A DNA stretch of 64,000 bases from contig JAUWDY010000001.1 in assembly GCA_030608565.1 (NCBI GenBank), positions 104,238 to 168,237 of the forward strand. Reading direction: 5' to 3'. Positions 47,738-58,102 of this stretch are shown piece by piece. A program made the translations under genes and the position numbers. This DNA comes from Candidatus Bathyarchaeota archaeon. GTDB taxonomy: Archaea > Thermoproteota > Bathyarchaeia > Bathyarchaeales > Bathyarchaeaceae. The notes beneath the pieces were generated by a model. It had not been told where the DNA came from and ran no database searches. It saw nothing but the letters and a program-made list of their open reading frames with translations. How positions within the stretch are numbered: position 1 is the first letter of the stretch; the number at the start of each line of letters is the position of its first letter.

Positions 47738-48247
47738 TCAACTAACATAATTGATAATTTTTTTCAAGGCCTTGATAATAGCCAGCTTTATTTCCGTTGC
47801 ACACGTTTGGTAAGTTCCAATTCCTCCGCCATAAGGATCTTTAATATCCAAGTCGTTGATTTCCCCTGCAAACTCCTTCAGCGTGAAAACCTTGTGTCTA
47901 GATTGCAGATGCTCTGAGACAATCCTGTCTTTGTAGCTTTTTTTCATAGTTAAGATCAAATCCGCTTTTTCGACTAATTCCTGTGTCAGTTGCCTTGACG
48001 TGAAAGATGAGATGTCGATACCTTCTCCGCTCATAACTTTTATGGCCTCACTTGTTGGAGGCCCCCCATAGGCGTTCGTTCCCGCCGAGAGAACTTCAAT
48101 CTTTACGGGTTCATTAAAATCTTCCAACATTTTCTTCAGAAAACCCTCAGCCATCGGGCTTCTACAGATGTTTCCATAGCACACGAAAAGGACCAACTTA
48201 CTAACCATAAACCTTCCACTTTCCATTGCAGTCTCAGTATTCTTCAT
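47738..48247 (-). CDS. Low-molecular-weight protein-tyrosine-phosphatase family protein
   Basis: LFVCYGNICRSPMAEGFLK (CX5R, with Y in place of the usual H/T context) and DPYG. Confidence 0.85.
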   Translation of the reverse strand: MKNTETAMESGRFMVSKLVLFVCYGNICRSPMAEGFLKKMLEDFNEPVKIEVLSAGTNAYGGPPTSEAIKVMSGEGIDISSFTSRQLTQELVEKADLILTMKKSYKDRIVSEHLQSRHKVFTLKEFAGEINDLDIKDPYGGGIGTYQTCATEIKLAIIKALKKIINYVS

Positions 48248-48354
48248 GCTACCTAAAGAATTCTTTTATCCATCGAATCTTGAAATAAGGAAAGTTTAAA
48301 TAAAATATGATTCACTTCAGTGGTTAGCTTGAAGAGAGATATGGACGGTTTAGG

Positions 48355-48816
48355 ATGCCCAAAGAATTCCAGCACATCGTTCGGATTGTCAACACCGACC
48401 TATACGGCACCCAAAAAATAGTCTATGCCCTAACGAATATAAAGGGAATAGGAATCAAATTAGCCAACGTGATTGTGAAAAAAGCCAACATCGATCCGAA
48501 AACTCGCGTAGGCTTTCTCTCCGAAACTGAAGTTGAGAAAATTAAGGGCATACTAAAGGACCTAAAGAAACACGGCGTGCCCAGTTGGCTTCTTAACCGC
48601 ACCAAGGACCGCCAAACTGGAAAACACCTTCACCTTATTGGATCTGACCTCATTCTCCAAACAAAAACAGACATTGACCAAATGAAAAATATCAAATCAT
48701 GGAGAGGATTCCGTCACGCTTACGGGTTGAAGGTACGGGGGCAACGAACAAGAACGACAGGCAGAACAGGAAAGGCTATTGGCGTGAAATTTAAGAAAAC
48801 AAGGACGCGGCAATAA
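48355..48816 (+). CDS. rps13p: Ribosomal protein S13 (uS13)
   Basis: HIVRIVNTDLYGTQKIVYALTNIKGIG; WRGFRHAYGLKVRGQRTRTTGRTG. Confidence 0.96.
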   Translation: MPKEFQHIVRIVNTDLYGTQKIVYALTNIKGIGIKLANVIVKKANIDPKTRVGFLSETEVEKIKGILKDLKKHGVPSWLLNRTKDRQTGKHLHLIGSDLILQTKTDIDQMKNIKSWRGFRHAYGLKVRGQRTRTTGRTGKAIGVKFKKTRTRQ

Positions 48817-48818
48817 TC

Positions 48819-49382
48819 ATGGGCGATCCTAAAAAGCAACGAAAAAAATATGAAACGCCAAAGTTTCCTTGGCGAATCGATATTCTAGAAACGGAACTAA
48901 AACTGGTTGGTCAATACGGACTGAGAAACAAAAGAGAACTCTGGCGCCACAAAACCATGGTCTCAAAGTTTCGAGGAATCGCTCGGTCGCTTCTAGGCAT
49001 GTCTGCTGAGGAACGAAGAAAACTGGAAAAACAACTTATCGATAGACTTCGCCGCCTTGGTGTTCTACCTAAAGCAGCTGCTTTAGATGATGTTTTAGAC
49101 TTAACTATAGAAGACATCCTTGAACGTCGACTTCAAACCCTCGTATTTAGAAAAGGCCTAGCTAAGTCTCTGTATCAAGCTCGTCAACTCATTTCACACA
49201 GGCATGTTGCCATCGAAGGTAAACGGGTTTCATCTCCGAGCTATCTGGTCTTAAGTGATGAGGAGCCAAGAATAGGTTACGCTCCAACGAGTCCTCTAAC
49301 AAATCCTAATCATTCAATAAGAGAATCCGTTAAAGCTACAGTTGAGACGAAACCAACGGTAAAACCAAAAACTAGAGGTTAG
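48819..49382 (+). CDS. rps4p: Ribosomal protein S4 (uS4)
   Basis: [25 protein letters not shown]; S4 domain [30 protein letters not shown]. Confidence 0.96.
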   Translation: MGDPKKQRKKYETPKFPWRIDILETELKLVGQYGLRNKRELWRHKTMVSKFRGIARSLLGMSAEERRKLEKQLIDRLRRLGVLPKAAALDDVLDLTIEDILERRLQTLVFRKGLAKSLYQARQLISHRHVAIEGKRVSSPSYLVLSDEEPRIGYAPTSPLTNPNHSIRESVKATVETKPTVKPKTRG

Positions 49383-49387
49383 AAACA

Positions 49388-49783
49388 GTGAGCAAAAAAG
49401 TTGAAAGATGGGCAGTCGTCCACATTTACAGCTCCTACAATAACACGATTATACACATCACCGACATATCTGGCGCCGAAACCATCGCCAGAGCCTCAGG
49501 AGGCATGTTTGTTAAGGCAGCCCGGTTACAATCATCACCCCACGCTGCCATGCAAGCCGCAGCTCACGTTGCAAGTACTGCTCGGGATAGGGGAATAAAC
49601 GCCATACACATCAAAGTTCGAGCCCCAGGCGGATCAAGTGCTAGGACGCCGGGTTCTGGAGCACAAGCCGCCATACGAGCTTTGGCTCGAACTGGATTCC
49701 GCATAGGTCGCATTGAAGAAGTAACGCCGGTTCCACATGATGGAACGCGAAGAAAGGGCGGGCGCAGAGGACGCAGAATCTAA
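49388..49783 (+). CDS. rps11p: Ribosomal protein S11 (uS11)
   Basis: [33 protein letters not shown]; [27 protein letters not shown]. Confidence 0.96.
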   Translation: MSKKVERWAVVHIYSSYNNTIIHITDISGAETIARASGGMFVKAARLQSSPHAAMQAAAHVASTARDRGINAIHIKVRAPGGSSARTPGSGAQAAIRALARTGFRIGRIEEVTPVPHDGTRRKGGRRGRRI

Positions 49784-50074
49784 CTTTCCGTTAGCTGAAA
49801 ATGCCATTTAGTTCTAGTTTTTCAAACGAGAAACATTGAAAATGAGTTAGTATGCACAGGGATGGTTCTAGAAGGTTATTATTGCGTTGCTGGTGGAGGT
49901 TTGTGGTTTTGATGCTGCAATACTCGAAACATTTTGCTTAAACGAAAAGTTTCCTTAATGTTAATATGAATGCCTCTTCTTCCTAAATATCACCATAACA
50001 TTGAAATAATGGCTTCGTCTCCTTATGAAAAACACGTGAGTTCATAAGCATCTGCCAAAGGGCGTTTAATCATA

Positions 50075-50731
50075 ATGAAGATTCAGATAATTAAAAAAAC
50101 TGATTTCACCATGCGGTTAACTATCCGAGGAATTGAGACGTCCTTTGCGAATACTTTGCGCCGAATTATGCTCTCTGAGGTCCCCACTATGGCTATCGAG
50201 GATGCAGTTATCATTGAAAACTCATCCGTACTTCCCGACGAAATTCTCGCCAATAGACTGGGATTCATCCCCCTTAAAACAGATTTAGATTCCTATAACC
50301 TCCCCGAGGAGTGCCCATGTAAAAGCGAGTTTGGATGCAATCTATGTCGTGTAGCTCTGACACTGGAAGCTGAAGCCACCGATGAAGTAACAGCCGTATA
50401 CTCGGGAGACCTACAGTCCGAGAACCCGGATATAGCACCCGTTAGCGACAAGATTCTCCTCGTAAAGTTGGCGCCCGACCAGAAAATAAAATTGGAGGCA
50501 TATGCTCGACTGGGGAAGGGGAAGGTCCACGCGAAGTGGCAACCAGTTTCCACATGTGCCTACGAGTTTGTGCCTGAAACCGAAACCAACAACGAACGCG
50601 GTGATGCATTTATTTTTAACATAGAATCAACAGGCGCGCTTCCGGTTGAAAGAATAGTGCTTGAAGCCGTTCATATACTTGACAGACGATTTAAAGACTT
50701 CTCTAAACAATTAAAGGAGATAAAAAAATGA
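50075..50731 (+). CDS. rpoD: DNA-directed RNA polymerase subunit D
   Basis: GIETSFANTLRRIMLSEVPTMAIEDAVIIENSSVLPDEILANRLGFIPL. Confidence 0.96.
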   Translation: MKIQIIKKTDFTMRLTIRGIETSFANTLRRIMLSEVPTMAIEDAVIIENSSVLPDEILANRLGFIPLKTDLDSYNLPEECPCKSEFGCNLCRVALTLEAEATDEVTAVYSGDLQSENPDIAPVSDKILLVKLAPDQKIKLEAYARLGKGKVHAKWQPVSTCAYEFVPETETNNERGDAFIFNIESTGALPVERIVLEAVHILDRRFKDFSKQLKEIKK

Positions 50732-51090
50732 AGCATGTTAGAACTACCAATCCAGAGCTAATTAACCTCGTTCGATCGTTAAAAAAGCAGTCTCGAGAAA
50801 GCGAGGCAAGAATATGGCGTGATATAGCGGATTTTTTGTCTCGTTCACGACGAAGGCGCATAGCCGTAAATGTAAGTCGATTAAATCGGTACACTAAGAA
50901 GGGAGAAACGGTGGCGGTTCCAGGCAAGGTATTGGCCGCGGGAAAAATTGATCATCCAATCAAAGTAGCAGCTTTCACCTTTTCTCAACCAGCAGAAATA
51001 AAAATTTTAAAGGCCAAAGGAAAATGTTTATCACTCTCTGAGCTGATGAAGAAAAACCCGAAAGGCACAGATGTGAAAATCATTGGGTAA
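50728..51090 (+). CDS. rpl18e: Ribosomal protein L18e
   Basis: TTNPELINLVRSLKKQSRESEARIWRDIADFL. Confidence 0.94.
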   Translation: MKHVRTTNPELINLVRSLKKQSRESEARIWRDIADFLSRSRRRRIAVNVSRLNRYTKKGETVAVPGKVLAAGKIDHPIKVAAFTFSQPAEIKILKAKGKCLSLSELMKKNPKGTDVKIIG

Positions 51091-51535
51091 ACCAACGACT
51101 ACTGAACGTGTTGCAGTAATTGACGCAACTGGACTGATTCTCGGTCGAATGGCCAGTCACATAGCTAAACGTCTCCTCCAAGGCGAAAAAATAATCGTCG
51201 TAAACGCAGAAGAGGCGGCCATATCTGGCAAAAGACTGAGTATAGTTAAAGAGGCGAAAAGATTCTTGGAAATTGGCCACCCAAGAAAAGGCCCTTTACA
51301 TCGGAGGCGGCCAGATCGAATCGTCCGAAGAACCGTACGCGGCATGCTTCCACGAAAGAAACCAAAGGGAAAACAAGCATACAAACGATTGAAGGTTTTT
51401 CTTGAAGTCCCTGAAGAGTTTAAAGGCAAGGAAATGCAGACGATTCCTAACGCTAATGCGGAGAAGTTACGATGTCCTTATATAACTGTTGGAAAACTGG
51501 CAAAAGAAATCGGGTGGACTCCAATAGGTGAATAA
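51083..51535 (+). CDS. rpl13p: Ribosomal protein L13 (uL13)
   Basis: [32 protein letters not shown]. Confidence 0.96.
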   Translation: MGKPTTTERVAVIDATGLILGRMASHIAKRLLQGEKIIVVNAEEAAISGKRLSIVKEAKRFLEIGHPRKGPLHRRRPDRIVRRTVRGMLPRKKPKGKQAYKRLKVFLEVPEEFKGKEMQTIPNANAEKLRCPYITVGKLAKEIGWTPIGE

Positions 51536-51537
51536 AA

Positions 51538-51951
51538 ATGCCAAGCCCTAAAAGAATATTATTAACCAGCGGAAAACGAAAAACTGCTATTGCCCGAGCA
51601 ACCGTCAGAGCTGGAAAAGGTAGAATTCGCATAAACAATGTTCCTATCGAAATTTTTGAACCTAGAATCGCCCGTGATAAAATTTCGGAGCCTCTTCTGC
51701 AGACTGGTGAAGAAATATGGAAACAACTTGACATAAACGTTAAAGTGTCTGGCGGAGGTTTCATGGGGCAAGCCGAGGCTACGCGGACAGCCATCGCGAG
51801 GGCTCTGTTGAAATGGACAAAGAGTGCTCGCCTCAAAACCGTTTTTACCGATTATGACCGTGCTATGATCGCTGGCGATCCGAGGCGAAAAGAACCTAAA
51901 AAGTTTGGTGGTCCTGGCGCAAGAGCTAGAGATCAGAAGAGCTACAGATAG
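51538..51951 (+). CDS. rps9p: Ribosomal protein S9 (uS9)
   Basis: [23 protein letters not shown]; [24 protein letters not shown]. Confidence 0.96.
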   Translation: MPSPKRILLTSGKRKTAIARATVRAGKGRIRINNVPIEIFEPRIARDKISEPLLQTGEEIWKQLDINVKVSGGGFMGQAEATRTAIARALLKWTKSARLKTVFTDYDRAMIAGDPRRKEPKKFGGPGARARDQKSYR

Positions 51952-52126
51952 GGTTGTGGAATTTAGGCTTGTCACAGTATTTGTATGCGTGTATAGTCGG
52001 TCCATAGAGAGGAAGACTGGTGGAGAGACTAGTGAACCGTTGACGGAAACATTGAAATAATGCCTTTCTCCCCCTTATGAAAAGCACACAAACTAAGAAA
52101 ACATCTCAATAGGAGGCACTCGATAA

Positions 52127-52353
52127 TTATCATACCAGTACGCTGTTTCACGTGCGGCAAGGTAGTCGGCGACAAGTGGGAAGAGTTTGCCAGAAGGGTA
52201 AAGGCTGGAGAAGACACAGGAAAAGTCTTAGACAGCTTGGGAATGACACGATATTGTTGCCGCCGTATGCTTCTGTCCCACATAGACATCATCGACGAAG
52301 TTCTGAAATTCTACGTAGAAGCTGGAAGAAGAAAACGAGCTAAACAACTCTAA
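52127..52353 (+). CDS. rpoN: DNA-directed RNA polymerase subunit N (RpoN), non-NTG start and apparent 1-nt deletion near 52201
   Basis: [24 protein letters not shown](K) then, one frame over, [49 protein letters not shown]; between S9 and enolase. Confidence 0.88.
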
Positions 52354-52366
52354 CGAGGCAGACGAA

Positions 52367-53617
52367 GTGTCAACAGTCATCGAAAACGTCACTGCTCGAA
52401 AAGTCTTCAACAGTCGAGGAGAAAAAACGCTGGAAATTGACATATCAACCATCGCGGGGTTTGGAAGAGCTTCCGCCCCAGCTGGCGCCAGCAGAGGCAA
52501 GGCTGAGGTCATTTCATACCCTAAAGGCGAAGTAGACCAAGCAATAAAAAAGGTTGAAGAACTCGTTGCCCCAGAGCTAATCGGCAGAAATGCAGATGAA
52601 CAAGAGGAAATCGACCTTCTTCTCCACGAACTCGATGGAACCGAAGACTTTAGAAATTTGGGAGGAAACATGGCTTACGCCGTTTCTTTAGCCACAGCGG
52701 AGGCTGCAGCCACATCCTACGGTATGCCATTATTTCAACACCTTGCAGGCTATTTTGCAAACGAACTTCCTTACCCGCTTGGAAATGTTTTGGGCGGCGG
52801 AAAACACGCGGGAGGAAAAACACCAGACATACAAGAGTTTCTGGTTCTCCCCGTCAAGGCAGAAATTTTTTCAGATGCGGCCAAAGCCAATATTCTAGTT
52901 CATCAAAGGGTTGGTTCACTTCTCAGAAAAAAGGATGCATCCTTCACTGGAGGAAGGGGCGATGAAGGGGCATGGGCGCCTAACATAAAAAATGAAGAAG
53001 CTTTAGAAATCGTGGCGAAGGCATGTGAAGAGGTTTCAGAGGAGTCAGGCGTAGAATGCAGGGTTGGCTTGGACATAGCTGCCTCCACCTTGTGGAAACC
53101 AAAAGAAGAACGTTACGTGTACAGCCGAGAAGGAACTAAAAGAAATTCCGGAGAACAACTGGACTTTGTGTCAAGTCTTGTCAAAAACCACAACCTCGCT
53201 TACGTTGAAGACCCTTTCCATGAAGAAGATTTTGAAAGTTTTTCGAAGCTTACTAAGAGAGTTAAAAAGTGTCTTGTTTGTGGTGACGACCTGTTTGCAA
53301 CGAGCAAAAAGAGACTGGCTCGTGGAATGAAAGTTGGTGCCGGAAACGCCGTTATTGTTAAAACGAATCAGGTTGGAACCCTTACGGATGCTTGGGAGAC
53401 CACTAAACTGGCAAAAAAAGCTTCTTACGCTCCGATCATGTCTCATCGATCTGGAGAAACAACTGATACTCACTTAGCCCACTTGTCCGTGGCCTTTCAC
53501 TGCCCCATCATAAAAACTGGCGTATTGGGAGGGACAAGAGTGGCGAAAATTAATGAACTCATCCGGATAGAAGAGATGCTTGGTAACAGGGCTGAAATGT
53601 CTGCTCTTTTATTGTGA
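52367..53617 (+). CDS. eno: Enolase
   Basis: ARKVFNSRGEKTLEIDI, GGKHAGGKTPDIQEFLVLP, VKTNQVGTLTDAWET, MSHRSGETTDTHLAHLSV. Confidence 0.94.
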   Translation: MSTVIENVTARKVFNSRGEKTLEIDISTIAGFGRASAPAGASRGKAEVISYPKGEVDQAIKKVEELVAPELIGRNADEQEEIDLLLHELDGTEDFRNLGGNMAYAVSLATAEAAATSYGMPLFQHLAGYFANELPYPLGNVLGGGKHAGGKTPDIQEFLVLPVKAEIFSDAAKANILVHQRVGSLLRKKDASFTGGRGDEGAWAPNIKNEEALEIVAKACEEVSEESGVECRVGLDIAASTLWKPKEERYVYSREGTKRNSGEQLDFVSSLVKNHNLAYVEDPFHEEDFESFSKLTKRVKKCLVCGDDLFATSKKRLARGMKVGAGNAVIVKTNQVGTLTDAWETTKLAKKASYAPIMSHRSGETTDTHLAHLSVAFHCPIIKTGVLGGTRVAKINELIRIEEMLGNRAEMSALLL

Positions 53618-53626
53618 TGAAAAAAC

Positions 53627-54277
53627 ATGTCAGAAGAAGAGAAGAAAGAAGAAGTTGAAGCTCCCAGTGAGGAGGAACTTTTGCTACCTCAGGACACCAT
53701 GCTATCAGCAGGAATTCACATAGGTACAAAGACAAAAGCAAGAGACATGGAACAGTTCATCTACCGCGTTAGACCTGACGGGTTGTTTGTTTTAGACATT
53801 AAAAAAACTGATGAACGTATAAGAGTTGCCGCTAAATTCCTTGCTCGGTTTGATCCATCCAAGATTGCGGTGGTGGCGGCGAGATTGTACGGGCGTGCTC
53901 CTGTGAATAAATTTTGCGAAGTAATCGGCGCGACTCCAATTGTAGGACGTTTTATTCCTGGAATGCTTTCAAATCCACTCTATTCAGATCATATCGAACC
54001 CGACGTGATAATTGTGTCTGATTCTAAAGCTGACGCTCAAGCCGTAATAGAAGCCTCAAGCCTAGGCATCCCCGTAATAGCGCTTTGTAGCACCGACAAC
54101 GATTTTCGCGACATAGACCTAAGTATACCAACCAACAACAAAGGTAGAAGAGCTTTAGCAATAGTTTACTGGCTTCTTACCAGACAAATCCTACGGGAAA
54201 AGGGCGAGATACCCCCAGATGGAAACATTGAACCATCAATCGACGACTTTGAAGTGAAAATGACGAGAGAGGAATAG
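53627..54277 (+). CDS. rps2p: Ribosomal protein S2 (uS2)
   Basis: AGIHIGTKTKARDMEQFIYRVRPDGLFVLDI. Confidence 0.96.
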   Translation: MSEEEKKEEVEAPSEEELLLPQDTMLSAGIHIGTKTKARDMEQFIYRVRPDGLFVLDIKKTDERIRVAAKFLARFDPSKIAVVAARLYGRAPVNKFCEVIGATPIVGRFIPGMLSNPLYSDHIEPDVIIVSDSKADAQAVIEASSLGIPVIALCSTDNDFRDIDLSIPTNNKGRRALAIVYWLLTRQILREKGEIPPDGNIEPSIDDFEVKMTREE

Positions 54278-54290
54278 CGAGAGGAGAAGG

Positions 54291-55139
54291 TTGAAGATTA
54301 GACATCCTTCTCAAGCTGGAGCGTTTTACGCAGGCACTGCACAATCACTGAAAGCGCAGATTGAAGGATGTTTTACACATAAATTTGGACCAGGCAAACT
54401 CCCCACGGTGGCGGAGGATGGTCTCCGAAATGTTGTTGGACTCATCTGTCCTCATGCAGGATACATGTATTCTGGACCAGTAGCCGCACATGCGTATTAC
54501 AATCTTGCAGCGGACGGAAAACCTGATGTTGTCGTTATTTTTGGTCCCAACCATACTGGGCGTGGAAGCGCTTTGGCGCTCATGAGTGAGGGAGTTTGGC
54601 GGACTCCTCTGGGAGACGTAAAGATTGACACCTTGACCGCCAAGCAGATCGTAGATGAATCTCGCATCGTTGACATTGATGATTCAGCTCACACTTTTGA
54701 GCATTCCATCGAAGTTCAGCTTCCTTTTCTTCAATACTTGTACGGCTCAGCCTTCAAGTTTGTGCCCATCTGCTTTCTTATGCAAGATTTGGAATCCAGC
54801 CGAGAAGTGGGGCGGGCTGTTGCGAAGGCCTTGTCGGGAAAGAACGGTTTGATAATTGCCTCTACAGATATGACTCATTATGAGCCGCATGAACAGGCTC
54901 AACGAAAAGATAAGATGGCCATCGACGCTGTCGCGAAAATGGACGAGGAACTGTATTATTCCACCGTGGAGAGCCAGAACATATCTACGTGTGGTTACGG
55001 TCCAACGGTTGCTGTGATTACTGCGGCGAAGTTGTTGGGTGCAAAAAGGGCACAGTTGTTGTGTTACAAAACGAGTGGCGATGTGATCAGTGACTTTTCC
55101 TCGGTGGTAGGTTATGCTTCGATGTCATTCACAAAGTAG
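54291..55139 (+). CDS. amrB: AmmeMemoRadiSam system protein B (MEMO1 family)
   Basis: GLICPHAGYMYSGPVAAHAY, FGPNHTGRGSALALM, SIEVQLPFLQYL; TTG start. Confidence 0.9.
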   Translation: MKIRHPSQAGAFYAGTAQSLKAQIEGCFTHKFGPGKLPTVAEDGLRNVVGLICPHAGYMYSGPVAAHAYYNLAADGKPDVVVIFGPNHTGRGSALALMSEGVWRTPLGDVKIDTLTAKQIVDESRIVDIDDSAHTFEHSIEVQLPFLQYLYGSAFKFVPICFLMQDLESSREVGRAVAKALSGKNGLIIASTDMTHYEPHEQAQRKDKMAIDAVAKMDEELYYSTVESQNISTCGYGPTVAVITAAKLLGAKRAQLLCYKTSGDVISDFSSVVGYASMSFTK

Positions 55140-55149
55140 CTAGAACAGG

Positions 55150-55578
55150 TTATCGAGGAATCCTTCCCTTCTCTATTCTAACCGCATCATTTTCTAATCG
55201 AACAATGTCTCCTGTCTCTATTTTCGAAATATCAATCTTGTCAATGCAAGGTATTTCCGAGATTATTGCTCCTACAGCAACCACGGTTTCACATTCTTTG
55301 TTTATGATCCCAGCAGGAGCCGTATCATTCTTCTTCATCCTGTAAAGAGTGTAGGATCCAACGGTTGACCCTTTACCATTCGGGAAAACCAGTATTTTGT
55401 CCTTCACCTTCTTTCCTTTCAGTTCGTGCCCTTTTTCTATGATCACGCCGGTGTCGGGGTCCACTCCACCGTAAAAGGAGATTGGTTGCGAAGTGGTTAG
55501 GGCTTCGCCTTCTGCAACTCCCTTTGAGATGATTCTTCCTTTCAGCTCCATTTTCCTCTCACCGCAGCCTCTATACAC
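55150..55578 (-). CDS. Aconitase-X swivel-domain protein (DUF126); phosphomevalonate dehydratase small subunit
   Basis: GRIISKGVAEGEALTTSQPISFYGGVDPDTGVIIEKGHELKGKKVKDKILVFPNGKGSTVGSYTLYRM; overlaps large subunit gene. Confidence 0.88.
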   Translation of the reverse strand: MYRGCGERKMELKGRIISKGVAEGEALTTSQPISFYGGVDPDTGVIIEKGHELKGKKVKDKILVFPNGKGSTVGSYTLYRMKKNDTAPAGIINKECETVVAVGAIISEIPCIDKIDISKIETGDIVRLENDAVRIEKGRIPR

Positions 55579-56747
55579 TCTTCTAGGCTTCCCAGTCTTG
55601 TCTTCATGTTGTTATGTCTTGAATAGTAACATCCTTTTGCAGAGGTTGTTGCAACTGACCTGAACCTTCCTTTCAATGGTGCCACTGCCATGCAAGTGTC
55701 GCAAGCGAATTTTCCCCCAGCCTTCTCAATTATTTCCGTGTAGCCTCTTTTGTCAGCGAGTTGTTTCATTAGCCTTGAGGTTGCAACCCAGAATTCAGTG
55801 TTCGAGGATACTCTCTTGTTTTTCAACAATTTTGCCACTTCAGCAATTTCTTTAATCGAGCAGTGGGGGCAACCTATACAGACGAAGTCGATGGTGTCAA
55901 CGTCGTCATCAATATTTTCATATGCATCTTTTATGTCCCTATCTTCGATGATGACTTTCTCTTTTGGCAGTTGATGTTTTTCAGATCCAGGAGTTATTTC
56001 CTTCATAAAAAACAACGGTTTTGAACCGTAAGTCACCACTGAAGCGCAGAACGATTTCAACTCATCCAAATCCGCGTCTTTTACACCGGTTATGTATGGT
56101 ATCTTGTTTTCAACTTTTTTACCAATACAATAACCGAGGGCTCCCCAATCTGACAATTTTTTTAGGTTAACCCTCACGTCTACATGAACGTCGGGCACTC
56201 TGTTCTCTTCCAAGTGTAGCCCGTAGGACGGTGTTTTACCTACAAAAGCCGCTGCAAGGGCTGATGGACCGCCTTCTCTGTTGGTCTTTGCTCCGATAAC
56301 CGAATTGGCGAAAGTGACTGCAGAGGACTCGGACCAAGCAATGTGTTCTCCATATGTTGGTAGGCTTCCTATCAGGTATGGTGTACATGTGCAAGAGATG
56401 ATTATGCCCATTTTTCTGAAGGCGTCTATGACTAGGTTTTGTTTTTCTGCGAACTCTTTGGAGATTCCGAGTTTTTTCCAATCCTTTAAATCCATTCCTG
56501 CAGGATTCAAGGTTGTGAGCACCTTGACTTTTCCATCCCTTGCTAGTTCATTTAGAAATTCTAGACCAGCATCTCCTAGGTTGTGATATGACACGCCTGC
56601 CACTTGAACGGAGCCCACGCTGATGAGTTTTTCAGCGCCGTAAATGTCTCCTAAGGCAACGAGTATCTCCATGGATTTTTTTACTGCGTAACCTTCTTCT
56701 CCATCCAGCATTCTCTCTTCTTCTTTTGTGAGGTACATAAAAATCAC
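55542..56747 (-). CDS. Aconitase-X catalytic-domain protein (DUF521); phosphomevalonate dehydratase large subunit
   Basis: YLTKEEERMLDGEEGYAVKKSMEILVALG; ESSAVTFANSVIGAKTNREGGPSALAAAFVGKTPSYG. Confidence 0.9.
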   Translation of the reverse strand: MIFMYLTKEEERMLDGEEGYAVKKSMEILVALGDIYGAEKLISVGSVQVAGVSYHNLGDAGLEFLNELARDGKVKVLTTLNPAGMDLKDWKKLGISKEFAEKQNLVIDAFRKMGIIISCTCTPYLIGSLPTYGEHIAWSESSAVTFANSVIGAKTNREGGPSALAAAFVGKTPSYGLHLEENRVPDVHVDVRVNLKKLSDWGALGYCIGKKVENKIPYITGVKDADLDELKSFCASVVTYGSKPLFFMKEITPGSEKHQLPKEKVIIEDRDIKDAYENIDDDVDTIDFVCIGCPHCSIKEIAEVAKLLKNKRVSSNTEFWVATSRLMKQLADKRGYTEIIEKAGGKFACDTCMAVAPLKGRFRSVATTSAKGCYYSRHNNMKTRLGSLEECIEAAVRGKWS

Positions 56748-58051
56748 AAGAATTTGTTTAGATCAACTCTTCTGTATCCCTCTTTTCTAAACCCTTTACC
56801 CGTTTTTTTGAACGGAATCGTCGCGTCCAACCCCATCTTACATGTTGTCGCTTTTTTTCCTTCAGTCAAATCTCCAGATGGATCAAGAGAAGACCCTCTT
56901 TGTTTTGGCAGGATAACAGCGTCTTTATCTGCCTGAAATCTCGTTGCAATGCCCCATTCAACGTCGTTTGGATCATAGATGTTTATATCGTCATCCACAA
57001 CAATACAGTGTTTCAATGAGCTGTGGCCTTTAAAGGCTGCTTCAATCGTTTTCTTTCCGTCATCTGGATTCCGTTTCTTTATTTGCACCACCGCGTGGAG
57101 CCAGCTACAACCGCCAGGAGTTATGTAAACATCTTTACATTCGCAGACTTTATTCACTTCGTTAAAAATTGTTGGTTCTCTAGGCATTCCCATCAAGAAT
57201 TTATGTTCGTTTCTTCCAGCAAGTATGGTTTGGTAAACGGGATTTTCTCTGTGAGTTATGCAGTTGATTTCTATCACTGGTTGCTGTCTTACTCTATCGA
57301 TAATTCCTGTCAGATCTAAGAATGGCCCCTCTTCTGTTCTTTCTTTTGTTATCCTTCCTTCTAATACAACCTCGCAGTCCTTCGGGACTTCAATGTCAAT
57401 GGTTTTACACTTCACCAACTCTGTTTTTTCCAGTGCGTTCGCCATTCCCATTTCGTCAACGCCTTTTGGTAGAGATGTGGCGGCAGCAAGAAGAACAGCT
57501 GTTGAGTTGCCTATGCAAATTGCGATGTCGAGTTCACCGCCAGACTTTTTAAGGGCAGTGTCGGTTCCCCTCTCTTCAACGATCCTAGCTACGAACCTGT
57601 TTTTACCTAGTAGCATCAACCTGTGGAAACATGTGTTTCTGCCTAATTCAGGATCTTTTATTATGCAGATAGCCGATGCGATGTATTTTCCGCCGTCTTT
57701 TTCTGTGTACCTCATTATGGGAAGCTTTGTTAGATCAACATCTTTCTCAACTATTTCCTGGCATTCTCCCTTCTCCACAACATCGGGGTGCACAGGGTTT
57801 TCTATGGCATTGGATAACTTGTGCAACAATTGTGCCTTCTTAATGTTCAACGCTTGGGCAATCAGTTTTTTAGAAGAGATGAGGCCGCCTACAACGGGGA
57901 TGCTTGATTCTTTCACTTTCTCAAAGAATACGGGTTTCTCGCCGAGAGCATCTATAATCCCTGCTATCTCATACTCGGTTGACACTTCCTTTTTAATTCT
58001 TATCAATTCTCCATTTTTGTCAAGCTGTTCCAGAAAACTTCTAAAACCCAA
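56744..58051 (-). CDS. UbiD-family decarboxylase; probable trans-anhydromevalonate 5-phosphate decarboxylase
   Basis: GFRSFLEQLDKNGELIRIKKEV, GRNEHKFLMGMPREPTIFNEV, TRFQADKDAVILPKQRGSSLDPS; adjacent to AcnX pair and mevalonate kinase. Confidence 0.86.
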   Translation of the reverse strand: MGFRSFLEQLDKNGELIRIKKEVSTEYEIAGIIDALGEKPVFFEKVKESSIPVVGGLISSKKLIAQALNIKKAQLLHKLSNAIENPVHPDVVEKGECQEIVEKDVDLTKLPIMRYTEKDGGKYIASAICIIKDPELGRNTCFHRLMLLGKNRFVARIVEERGTDTALKKSGGELDIAICIGNSTAVLLAAATSLPKGVDEMGMANALEKTELVKCKTIDIEVPKDCEVVLEGRITKERTEEGPFLDLTGIIDRVRQQPVIEINCITHRENPVYQTILAGRNEHKFLMGMPREPTIFNEVNKVCECKDVYITPGGCSWLHAVVQIKKRNPDDGKKTIEAAFKGHSSLKHCIVVDDDINIYDPNDVEWGIATRFQADKDAVILPKQRGSSLDPSGDLTEGKKATTCKMGLDATIPFKKTGKGFRKEGYRRVDLNKFL

Positions 58052-58102
58052 TCTTATCCCTGCTATAAAGGTAGTTTCTTGTTTCTGATAAGGCTATTCT
58101 CT

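Noticed and set aside
52353-52367. Expected rpoK between rpoN and enolase
   Set aside because: Only 13 nt separate the genes; absence from this locus is real but could simply mean relocation, so not reported as a loss.
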